Assembly (NCBI RefSeq): GCF_001598795.1
Contig: NZ_BCZP01000013.1
Coordinates: 90,001 to 122,000, forward strand
Source: Delftia acidovorans NBRC 14950
GTDB lineage: Bacteria > Pseudomonadota > Gammaproteobacteria > Burkholderiales > Burkholderiaceae_C
Direction of reading: 5' to 3'
Length of the DNA: 32,000 bases
The notes under the pieces were generated by a model that made no database searches, had not been told where the DNA came from, and saw nothing but the letters and a program-made list of their open reading frames with translations. The position numbers and the translations under genes were made by a program. Positions 1-8,348 of this stretch are shown here, piece after piece (position 1 is the stretch's first letter; every line of letters begins with the position of its first letter).

Positions 1-2036
1 TCACCGAGGCCAATGGTGCCGTGCGCAGCTTTGCCGTGCCCTACGCAGCCGTGCCGCTGTCGCTGCGCGAGGGGCAGGACCGCTACAGCCTCACGGCGGG
101 CGTGGTGCGCCACCTGCCCAATACCTCGCCGCTGTTCTCGCAGGCGACCTGGCAGCACGGCTTCACCAACATGCTGACCGGCTACGGCGGCGTGTCCGTG
201 GCCAAGGGCCATATCTCGCCCATGATTGGCGCGGCGCTCACCACGCCCTGGGGTGCCTTTGGTGCAGATATCACGCACGCCTCCACCAGCATTCCCAATG
301 ACGGCTCCTTTTCCGGACAGAGCTTGCGTGCCAGCTACGCCAAGTCCTTTGCGCAGACCGGCACCCACGTGGCCATTGCCGCCTATCGCTACTCCACCAA
401 CGGATTCTTCGGCCTCAACGACGCCATGCGCGCACGGGATCAGGCCAATCTGCTACGGCCCTCCACGGACCTGTACCGGCCTCGCAACCGCGCCTCCCTG
501 GTCATGGGCCAGCAGTTTGGCCCCGGGGGAGGCAGCCTCAGCCTCACGGCGTCCACTGCCAAGTACTGGAACCGCCAGGGCTCCAACGTCGACTACGCCA
601 TTGGCTACAGCAACTCGTTCCGCAACATCTCCTACAACCTCTCTGCGGCGCGCCAGCGCGATGCCTGGGGACAGTCCAACACGTTCCTGCACGTGGGCCT
701 GTCGATTCCGCTGAGCATGGAGCGCGGCATGATGCTCTCCACCAATACCAACCGCGACTCGCGCGGCCGCGTGCAGGCCCAGGCCAACCTGTCCGGGCTG
801 CTGGGCGACGACAACGCCATCTCCTACGGCCTCAGCGCCAACCACAACACCGGTGGCATGAATGGCAGCAGCACCAGTGCCAGCGCCAACGCCACCTACC
901 GCGCATCGCAGACCGAACTCAGCGGCAGCGTCAGCGCCAGCAGCGGCTACCAGCAGTTCTCGGTAGGCGCGCGTGGCGCCATCGTGGCCCACCCGGGCGG
1001 CGTGACGCTGTCGCAATCGGTGTCTGACACCTTTGCCATCGTGGAGGCCAAGAACGCGGAAGGCGCGCGCATCAACAACGCGCCCGGAGTGAAGGTGGAC
1101 AGCCGGGGCTATGCCGTCGTCCCGTATCTGACGCCGTTCTCGATGAACGAGGTCTCCATCGATCCCAAGGGCCTGTCGACGGACGTGGAACTCAAGGAAA
1201 CCAGCCAGCACGTCGCGCCGCTGGCCGGCGCCGTGCCGCTGCTGGTGTTCAAGACAGCCTATGGCCGCTCGGCCGTGATCCGCGCGCGGCAGGCCGGCAA
1301 CATGCCTGTGCCCTTTGGCGCCAGCGTGCTGGACATGGACGGCAAGGAGTTGGGCATGATCGGCCAGGCCGGCAAGCTTCTGGCGCGCGGGCTGTCGGAC
1401 CAGGGCGAACTGCAGGTGCAATGGAAGACCGACACCGGCATGGTGGGCTGCAACCTCTCCTATACCCTTCCTGAAAGAAAGCGCAGCACCACCTACCAGC
1501 CGCCGCAAAGCCTGGAACTGCCCTGCGTGGCCAGCAGCAAGCTGCTGCCTGCGGCCACCGACGTGGCATCGGCCAAGCCGGGCAAGACCGCGACAACCTC
1601 AACCTCAACCGCAACCACCAATGCCAAGACAGCCGTGGCCGGCGCCCCGGCCTCCAACGCGGCGTCGGCCGTGGCTCTGGCCGGCATGACCCAGGAACGC
1701 ACGGCAGCAACGGCACCGGCCACGGTAGTCGCCAGCGCGCCGGCAGTCACTGCGGCTGCAGTGCTGCCCGCTCGTGCCACACAGCCGAGCGACAGCCAGC
1801 AGGCACTGAAGCTGGAGCGCAACCTGGACGGCCTGCGCATGAGCGTCAAGATCAGCGCCTTGCCCACCACGGTGCCAGTCACCAGCAACGCGGGCAGAAC
1901 TCCCGTGGCGGCAGGGCACGACGCAGGCACCGGCAAGCACAAGCCGCCGCAGCAAACCCTGCGGGCTGACCGTCCGCTGGCCATCCTGCAGCCCAGCTTG
2001 AAGATCAGGGTCCTGGCATCGGCCGATCAGACATAA
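1..2036 (+). CDS. Fimbrial outer-membrane usher (PapC/FimD family), 5'-truncated by the window edge; carries a ~170-aa Ala/Thr/Pro-rich C-terminal extension
   Basis: The frame stays open to position 3 (TEANGAVRSFAVPYAAVP...). It aligns closely along its length with the middle and C-terminal parts of the complete usher at 4396-7287 (SFSVPYAAVPRSLREGQHRYSLTAG...). The canonical usher end, with a Cys...Cys pair (GCNLSYTLPE...LELPCV), lies near 1529, and the ORF continues to 2036. Confidence 0.9.
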   Translation, partial: TEANGAVRSFAVPYAAVPLSLREGQDRYSLTAGVVRHLPNTSPLFSQATWQHGFTNMLTGYGGVSVAKGHISPMIGAALTTPWGAFGADITHASTSIPNDGSFSGQSLRASYAKSFAQTGTHVAIAAYRYSTNGFFGLNDAMRARDQANLLRPSTDLYRPRNRASLVMGQQFGPGGGSLSLTASTAKYWNRQGSNVDYAIGYSNSFRNISYNLSAARQRDAWGQSNTFLHVGLSIPLSMERGMMLSTNTNRDSRGRVQAQANLSGLLGDDNAISYGLSANHNTGGMNGSSTSASANATYRASQTELSGSVSASSGYQQFSVGARGAIVAHPGGVTLSQSVSDTFAIVEAKNAEGARINNAPGVKVDSRGYAVVPYLTPFSMNEVSIDPKGLSTDVELKETSQHVAPLAGAVPLLVFKTAYGRSAVIRARQAGNMPVPFGASVLDMDGKELGMIGQAGKLLARGLSDQGELQVQWKTDTGMVGCNLSYTLPERKRSTTYQPPQSLELPCVASSKLLPAATDVASAKPGKTATTSTSTATTNAKTAVAGAPASNAASAVALAGMTQERTAATAPATVVASAPAVTAAAVLPARATQPSDSQQALKLERNLDGLRMSVKISALPTTVPVTSNAGRTPVAAGHDAGTGKHKPPQQTLRADRPLAILQPSLKIRVLASADQT

Positions 2037-2419
2037 GCACCGGAAAAGCAGCCCAAATGGGCCGCTGCCAATGCAGGGCCACGTTGATTGCTGCACCGGC
2101 AGGCTTCCATTTCCGACTCCCGCGCCGACTGCAGATACGTTGGTACGGGTAGCCATCGGCATGCAGCTATTTGCCGTCACTGCCCAAACGCTGTTCATCA
2201 AGACCCGCAAGATTGACTGCGGGCCTTGTGCCGCAGGGCGGCACAGCCGAGACCTTGCTCTTCTCGCAAAGACCATCGTCCGCTTGTCTGCCGGCATCAG
2301 CTGCATCGCAGATCCCCCCAATCCATAGGCGACAGCCTTCCCACAAGGCTTTGCCCCGCCATTTCTGGACCCGCGCACGCACAGTTCGGATCACCAATTC
2401 GTAAGCAATTGAAGACAAG

Positions 2420-2840
2420 ATAGGACTATTCCTAGGGAATCCCGATAACTCCGCTCAAAAAATCAGGAAATTCCTAGAGAGAAAATCGCGAAATTCAGAA
2501 TTATCCAATTTCATTTCAGCGAGCATGTGTTGACAATAAGCCGATCAGACAAATTGCCAAGAATCAGAATCTGATCCTTCGAAATTTCGTCATCAACGAG
2601 AACAATCCACCGTCAATTCATATTCCCCAAAAGCCTCTTCAGCCACACCCCATTGACGCATAAAAAAATATATTACCTGCAACTTTCAGCAGCAGCAACT
2701 CTATAGCCATCGATATCTGGAATCATTCAAAAATATCCAATATCAAATCAAAAATGGAGGTGCGTCAAAGAAAAAGTTTCAAACAAGATCATTACTTCAA
2801 TCCACCATATTCATCAAACTCAATTTCATCAGGCATAAAT
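2420..2840 (+). promoter_or_regulatory. AT-rich upstream/regulatory region of the fimbrial operon; no specific promoter hexamers assigned
   Basis: Composition drops sharply relative to the flanks. No credible ORF is present. Several short palindromes occur: ATTCC-TAG-GGAAT near 2428, ATCAGA-A-TCTGAT at 2563-2575, and the perfect CGAAATTTCG at 2580-2589. TTGACA at 2530 and TTGACG at 2653 lack a convincing -10 at proper spacing. Confidence 0.4.
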
Positions 2841-3395
2841 ATGAAATTTTCTGCATTGAAATTTTCGGTTGCGGGCTTGTCCTTGCTTGCACTGAGTTCT
2901 GTCCATGCGCAATCCACTCAGAGTGGAATCGTCAGATTCACAGGAAATATTTCTCCTGTCACTTGCATCGTCAATCTGGGAAGTCGAGACCAGAAGATCG
3001 ATTTCGGTATCGTACCTCCCAATGAACGCGGTTTCACGTCTGGCGGTGGCGCCGTCGGCAACGTTGCTATTCCCGCCCATCATAGAACGATCACCATCAG
3101 GCTGGATGGCTGCTCAACCCCAGGATCGAACAATCAGCCCACCACTGCCACGGTCCGTTTTGATGGCCCCATCAGGAACGGCCGCATCAATACGAGCAAT
3201 GCCACGGCCGACATCCAGTTACTGGAGAACAACTCGACAACGGCCATCTGGGATCTGAGCGGCCCGTCCGCGCCTGTCAACCTGCAATCAGGAACCAATA
3301 CGCTCAACTACATCGCCAGGTACTACGTGGCTGCCGTGCCCCTTGCCTCAGGAGAGGCGAATGCTGAAGCGACTTTCACCATGAACTATCAATAG
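2841..3395 (+). CDS. Type-1-like fimbrial major subunit (pilin)
   Basis: Internal ATG at 2841 gives a signal peptide (MKFSALKFSVAGLSLLALSSVHA/QS). A donor-strand-like N-terminus (GIVRFTGNISPVTC), a conserved Cys pair and the C-terminal ATFTMNYQ motif typical of chaperone-usher pilins are present. It is the first gene of a pilin-chaperone-usher-adhesin order. Confidence 0.85.
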   Translation: MKFSALKFSVAGLSLLALSSVHAQSTQSGIVRFTGNISPVTCIVNLGSRDQKIDFGIVPPNERGFTSGGGAVGNVAIPAHHRTITIRLDGCSTPGSNNQPTTATVRFDGPIRNGRINTSNATADIQLLENNSTTAIWDLSGPSAPVNLQSGTNTLNYIARYYVAAVPLASGEANAEATFTMNYQ

Positions 3396-3499
3396 GCAGT
3401 CCACCGCCTCAGAGAAGCGCCGGCCACCTTCTGGTGGCTGGCGCATTCACCTCCAATGCCTGTGGCATTTCTCTCATATACAGAAATTCAGGATCTCCT

Positions 3500-4276
3500 A
3501 TGCCGGTGAAAAATCGCCGATCCAGTCTGCTGTCACATTGTTTCGCCATGGCTGCATTGCTTATTTGCGTCCTCCCGGCCAATGCCAGCATAGTCCTCTA
3601 TGGAACACGGGTCATATTTTCAGGCGACGAGACGGAAGCCACCCTCAAGATTTCCAATGAAGGAAAATTGCCATCGCTGGTGCAGTCATGGCTGGACACG
3701 GGCGATGGAGATATGGCGCCCGAGGGCATAGATGTGCCCTTCGTGATCGCGCCGTCGCTCACCCGCCTGGAAGCCTCGGACCAGCAGATGCTGCGCATCA
3801 TCCATTCCGGCCAGCCCCTACTCCAGGACAGAGAGTCATTGTTCTGGATCAACGTGCTGGACGTGCCGCCCAAGACCGAGAACGCGAAAGGCTCCCAGGG
3901 CAGCCTCGCACTGGCCTTTCGCACGCGCATCAAGCTGATATATCGCCCCAAGGGCCTTCCGGGCGAACCGAAGGATGCGCCTGAGCAGTTGCAGTGGTCC
4001 GCGAGCACGACCCGAGACGGGCAGGCCGTACTTCAGGCCCGTAATCCGACCGCGTATGTCGCCAATCTGGGCCATATCGCCGTAGAGGCAGCTGGCCAGA
4101 GTTTCAAGATGAATGTAGGACATGTGCTGCCAGGAGAAACGGCAAAGTTTGCATTCCAGAAGCCCGCCGAAAACGAACAACTACCCAAGGAGCTTCCCGC
4201 GGACGCAGTCGTGGTCTACACCAGCCTCAACGACTGGGGTGGTGCCGAGGGCCACAGGGTCGAACTTGGGCGCTGA
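3500..4276 (+). CDS. Periplasmic fimbrial chaperone (PapD/FimC family)
   Basis: ATG at 3500 is preceded by AGGA. A signal peptide ends in ANA. Hallmark motifs are present: IVLYGTRVIF (conserved Arg), LFWINVLDVPP and FRTRIKLIYRP (conserved Lys), followed by a C-terminal Ig-like domain. Confidence 0.92.
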   Translation: MPVKNRRSSLLSHCFAMAALLICVLPANASIVLYGTRVIFSGDETEATLKISNEGKLPSLVQSWLDTGDGDMAPEGIDVPFVIAPSLTRLEASDQQMLRIIHSGQPLLQDRESLFWINVLDVPPKTENAKGSQGSLALAFRTRIKLIYRPKGLPGEPKDAPEQLQWSASTTRDGQAVLQARNPTAYVANLGHIAVEAAGQSFKMNVGHVLPGETAKFAFQKPAENEQLPKELPADAVVVYTSLNDWGGAEGHRVELGR

Positions 4277-4395
4277 CGGTAGCCGAAGCCCTAACGCAGC
4301 ACCGAAAGCCTCCATGCCGGTCACGCGTGACTGGCCGAGGTAGGCAGCACGGCGCAGCAGGTGCAAAAAAGGCATGTCCATCGAGAGGGATTGCT

Positions 4396-7287
4396 ATGAA
4401 GAAAAAAGCCGACAGGGTACGGAAGCCAGGCTGTTTCCCGTTCAAGGCCAAACCACTACATGCCTTGCTGCTGGCAGTACTGGCCTGTTGGCAAATGGAT
4501 ATGCGCGCCTCGCAAACAGAGCACACCGCCGGCAGGATGCCGCCCGCACGCGCACAGCACATCGAATTCAACAGCAGCTTTCTGCGAGGAGGCGACGGGA
4601 TCGATGTCTTGCGTTTTGCAGAGGGTAATTCTGTGGAACCGGGTCTCTACAACCCGGACCTTCTGGTCAACGGCAACTGGATGACCCGCACCGAGATGCG
4701 GTTCACTCAACGCAGTCGGGGTGCCAGTGCCCAGCCCTGCTTCAACATGTCCCTGCTGGAGCAAATGGACATTGACATGGCGAGCCTGCCGGCGAACGAG
4801 GATGTTGTGGATGGAGACCCAGCGTGCCTGCGCATTGAAAAGGTCGTCCCCGGCGCTTCCGCAAGCTTCAACGTAGGTTTGCAACGACTGGATGTGAGCA
4901 TTCCCCAGATCCTGATGCGGCGCGTGGCAAGCGGCTACGTGAGTCCGGAGCAGTGGAACGCGGGCGTGACGACCGGCACGCTCGGCTATGACTTCAACAC
5001 CTACCATGCGCGCGGCGGGCCAGCGGGCAGCAGCACCCAGGGCTACCTGGGCCTGAACAGCGGCTTCAACTATGCGCGCTGGCATTTCCGGCACAGTGGC
5101 TCGTTCAGTTGGAGCGATCAGGGACCGAGCCGTTATCAGAGCATCTCGGCCTATGCGCAGCGCGACATCGCCGACTGGTCATCGCAACTGATCCTGGGCG
5201 ACACCTACACCGACGGGGAGATCATGGACTCGGTCTCCTTCCGCGGCCTGCGGCTGCGCACGGACGACCGCATGCTGCCCGAGTCGCAGCGCGGCTTCGC
5301 GCCCGTGGTGCGCGGCGTGGCCAATTCCAACGCCCGGGTGGTCATCCGCCAGAACGGCATCAAGCTGCAAGAGACCACGGTGGCACCGGGCGCCTTCGTG
5401 ATCAATGACCTGTACCCCACCGGCTATGGCGGCGACCTGCAGGTGGATATCGAGGAGGCCGACGGCTCCGTGCGCTCCTTCTCGGTGCCCTATGCGGCCG
5501 TTCCTCGTTCGCTGCGCGAGGGCCAGCACCGCTACAGCCTCACAGCAGGCGCGGTGCGCGGCCTGCGTGAGAGCGCTCCGTTCTTCTCGCAGGCAGGCTG
5601 GCAGTACGGCTTCTCGAACATGCTCACGGCCTATGGCGGCGCCACGGTCGCCAAGGGCTATTTCTCGCCCACGGTGGGCGCCGTGTTCAATACACCATGG
5701 GGTGCCTTTGGCCTGGACCTCACACACGCCAACACCCGCATCCCCCATGACCGCAGCTACTCAGGACAAAGCCTGAGAGTCACCTACGCCAAGACCTTCC
5801 CGGAGTCCGGCACGGGCATCACCCTGGCTGCCTACCGCTATTCCACCAACGGGTTCTTCGGCATCAACGAGGCCATGCGGTCGCGCGACCTGACCCGGCC
5901 CGCTGCCAGCGGCGCACCGCCCCCGCTGTCGCGCCCGCGCACGCGCGCCGCAATGACACTGAGCCAGCGCCTGGGCGAGCAAGGCGGCAACCTGAGCATT
6001 TCCGCCTCCATGGACAACTACTGGAACCGCGCGGGCCGCCGCGTGGACTACACGCTCAACTACAGCAGCTCGTGGCTGGGCGTTCCCTACAACCTGTCGG
6101 CCTCGCGCCAGCGCGATGCCTGGGGCCGCCCCAGCACGCAGCTGTACGCAGGGGTGACAATTCCGCTGGGGGCGGGAAAGCCCAGAGTCATGAGCCGTTT
6201 CACACATGACTCGAGCGGCGGCAACCAGTTGCAGGCCAGCACCTACGGGCAGGTCGGCAGCGATCTCTCCTATGGCCTGAATGCCGAATACGGCAGCAGC
6301 GGCAACCAGGGATCGCGCCTCAATGCAGGCGCCAATGCACTCTACCGCCGCTCGTACACGCTGTTCAGCGGCAGCGTGAGCGCGGGCCGGGCCGGCCAGC
6401 AACTGTCACTGGGCGCGCGCGGCGCCTTGGTCGCCCACCCCGGAGGGGTCACGCTGTCGCAGCCCCTGGGCGAGACCTTCGCCATCGTGCAGGCCCCGCA
6501 TGCCGAGGGCGCGCGCCTTACCAATGCGCCCGGCGTACGCATCGATGCACGGGGCTATGCCGTGGTGCCCTACATGACACCCTATGCCATGAACGAGGTG
6601 TCGCTGGACCCCAAGGGCATGTCCATGGATGTGGAACTGCAGGAGGCCAACCGGCGCGTCGCACCGGTGGCCGGTGCCGCCGCCATGGTGGTGTTCAAGA
6701 CGAGCTACAGCCGCTCGGCCGTGCTGCGCCTGACGCAGGCGGACACGTCGCCCGTGCCTTTCGGCGCCGTCGTCTCGGACGAGAGCGGCAAGGACCTGGG
6801 CATGGTCGGCCAGGCCGGCAAGCTCATGCTGCGCGGCCTGTCGGACCAGGGACAGCTGCACGCCCAGTGGAAGGCCGGAGATGGCACGGCCCATTGCAGC
6901 ATGGCCTATTCGCTGCCGGCGCGGGAGCGCTCCACCGGCTCCCGTGTGCCAGCCAGCATGGACCTGCACTGCGTGCCGTCCCATCTTGCCGCAGCGCCGT
7001 CCCATCAGGCCGCGCTGACACACAGAGCCGAGACCTCGCGCCCCATCGCCGCCCGCCAGTCCAGCCTGCCCTTCCAGGCCGAGAAGCATCTTGGCGATTT
7101 GCGGCTGAGCCTGCGCATCAGTGTCTTGCGCACCACGGCCGATGCGAAGCAGTACACGGGCCAGGCACAGCCGCCCTTGGCGCCGGACGGCCAGGCAGAC
7201 AACAGCCCTGGCCTGCGGATCGATCGCAGCCTGGTGGGTGAATTGCGGGACTCGCCGACACAAGCCCAGGCCTCGGTCGGCGTCTGA
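4396..7287 (+). CDS. Fimbrial outer-membrane usher (PapC/FimD family) with a ~100-aa C-terminal extension
   Basis: ATG at 4396 is preceded by GAGGGA. The protein is usher-like along its length (N-terminal domain motif GLYNPDLLVNGNW, barrel/plug region, C-terminal domains). The canonical end (HCSMAYSLP...MDLHCV) lies near 6975, and the ORF continues to 7287. Confidence 0.93.
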   Translation: MKKKADRVRKPGCFPFKAKPLHALLLAVLACWQMDMRASQTEHTAGRMPPARAQHIEFNSSFLRGGDGIDVLRFAEGNSVEPGLYNPDLLVNGNWMTRTEMRFTQRSRGASAQPCFNMSLLEQMDIDMASLPANEDVVDGDPACLRIEKVVPGASASFNVGLQRLDVSIPQILMRRVASGYVSPEQWNAGVTTGTLGYDFNTYHARGGPAGSSTQGYLGLNSGFNYARWHFRHSGSFSWSDQGPSRYQSISAYAQRDIADWSSQLILGDTYTDGEIMDSVSFRGLRLRTDDRMLPESQRGFAPVVRGVANSNARVVIRQNGIKLQETTVAPGAFVINDLYPTGYGGDLQVDIEEADGSVRSFSVPYAAVPRSLREGQHRYSLTAGAVRGLRESAPFFSQAGWQYGFSNMLTAYGGATVAKGYFSPTVGAVFNTPWGAFGLDLTHANTRIPHDRSYSGQSLRVTYAKTFPESGTGITLAAYRYSTNGFFGINEAMRSRDLTRPAASGAPPPLSRPRTRAAMTLSQRLGEQGGNLSISASMDNYWNRAGRRVDYTLNYSSSWLGVPYNLSASRQRDAWGRPSTQLYAGVTIPLGAGKPRVMSRFTHDSSGGNQLQASTYGQVGSDLSYGLNAEYGSSGNQGSRLNAGANALYRRSYTLFSGSVSAGRAGQQLSLGARGALVAHPGGVTLSQPLGETFAIVQAPHAEGARLTNAPGVRIDARGYAVVPYMTPYAMNEVSLDPKGMSMDVELQEANRRVAPVAGAAAMVVFKTSYSRSAVLRLTQADTSPVPFGAVVSDESGKDLGMVGQAGKLMLRGLSDQGQLHAQWKAGDGTAHCSMAYSLPARERSTGSRVPASMDLHCVPSHLAAAPSHQAALTHRAETSRPIAARQSSLPFQAEKHLGDLRLSLRISVLRTTADAKQYTGQAQPPLAPDGQADNSPGLRIDRSLVGELRDSPTQAQASVGV

Positions 7288-7402
7288 ACCGACGCGGTAC
7301 ATGGCTGTGCCCACCCCCTTTCCGGCACGCGGTCCGCCGGTCACCTGCCCTGCGATATTGAAATCCAAGAACCGCCTTTTCATTCAGCAACGGAGCATTT
7401 TC

Positions 7403-8191
7403 ATGACCATTACCCGTGCCATTGCATTGTCCTCAGTACTCTTCATTTTTTCCATAGGTCAGGCACACGCGCAAGCTTTTTGCTCTAACGATGGAGTCGG
7501 CAATTCCATCAACGATGGCAAAAATCACTATGTCCACCTGCCCAGTAGAACGCTGGAGGTCCCACTGCCGTTTGATATTGAATCTCGTGCAATCGGCAGT
7601 GTAGTGGGCCGCGTCGCCTTTCTCCCTTATATCATCAACAAGAAATATACTGAAATGAAAGGGGGTGCAATGTTCTGTGCAAAATACCAAAACTCTGGCT
7701 GGTATGGCGTGGGCACCTTTCACCAGATACACCGGGCTTATGAGAGTTCCATTCCCGGCATAGGACTGCGCATAGACTTCAGAAAAATGCCTGTTCCGAC
7801 CAACCCAGACAATACAAAACGGCGTTACTTCCCCATCCAGGAACTGTCCGATGCTCCCATCTATATCGATCTGGTGAAGATTGGCCCGATCAAACAGGCA
7901 GGGCCCCTCAAAGGGGTTTTCCTTCAATACAAGGTCGACGACGTGGTCATCGCCCAATACCAGTTTGACCGTGAGGCCGCCGCTCCGACCGGTCCGTTCT
8001 GCACCGCGAGCCTCAGCGCAGAGAACCCGGCCACGGCCGCCGTCGCCCATTCTTCCGGTCGCCCCGCTGCTGAGGGCAGGCTGCCGAAAATGATCGCCAA
8101 AGCTCCATCCTGCCTTGCTGATGAACTGCCAAGCATCAAGCCGGTCATGGGAAGTTCCAGTGTCGCCCAGCTTTCGCTCAACCGCCACTGA
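7403..8191 (+). CDS. FimH-like adhesin paralogue with an intact lectin-type N-domain but a truncated pilin domain (possible pseudogene)
   Basis: ATG at 7403 (RBS GGAG) gives a signal peptide ending in AHA. It shares motifs with the downstream adhesin: DGKNHY, (I/V)xGIGLRI, K(I/T)GPI, AQY(Q/V)F, and a same-length Cys-to-Cys segment (FCTAS...APSC versus TCTLV...QLSC). It stops at TGA 8189-8191, before the C-terminal strands, so it has no ...TFTxxYQ end. Confidence 0.6.
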   Translation: MTITRAIALSSVLFIFSIGQAHAQAFCSNDGVGNSINDGKNHYVHLPSRTLEVPLPFDIESRAIGSVVGRVAFLPYIINKKYTEMKGGAMFCAKYQNSGWYGVGTFHQIHRAYESSIPGIGLRIDFRKMPVPTNPDNTKRRYFPIQELSDAPIYIDLVKIGPIKQAGPLKGVFLQYKVDDVVIAQYQFDREAAAPTGPFCTASLSAENPATAAVAHSSGRPAAEGRLPKMIAKAPSCLADELPSIKPVMGSSSVAQLSLNRH

Positions 8192-8272
8192 TCCCAAGCC
8201 TGTCTTTGCGAGGGCCTTGGAGCAGGCGCTGCACTCCTCAGAGATGCCATGCGCCTGCACATGCCAGGGCTA

Positions 8273-8293
8273 ACGGCACACGGCACACGGCAC
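8273..8293. repeat. Perfect heptanucleotide tandem repeat (ACGGCAC)x3
   Basis: Read directly: acggcac acggcac acggcac. It lies in the spacer between the two adhesin genes, about 55 bp upstream of the ATG at 8349. Confidence 0.8.
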
Positions 8294-8348
8294 AAGACGC
8301 CACGTTGTTCTTTCGAAGTGCCGCCTTGATTCCAGATGGAGAACCAGA

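Noticed and set aside
2071-2423. Small ORFs (65-85 aa, both strands) in the spacer after the first usher gene
   Set aside because: There are no start-site signals and no recognisable motifs. They overlap one another in several frames, which is typical of random ORFs in GC-moderate non-coding DNA. A degraded gene remnant cannot be excluded without a database search.
2420-2840. Possible fimS-like invertible promoter switch upstream of the fimbrial operon
   Set aside because: I found no pair of longer (9 bp or more) inverted repeats flanking the region, and no FimB/FimE-type recombinase gene in the window. Only short local palindromes are present.
4320-4331. Perfect 12-bp palindrome GTCACGCGTGAC in the chaperone-usher spacer
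   Set aside because: It has no loop, so it is not an RNA hairpin. It is a single occurrence within an operon-internal spacer, and I have no basis for assigning a binding protein.
453-7383. Several 190-350-aa minus-strand ORFs (453-1508, 5179-5748, 5761-6402, 6406-7383) and alternative plus frames inside the usher genes
   Set aside because: All lie within confidently assigned usher coding sequence, and their translations are compositionally biased and motif-free.
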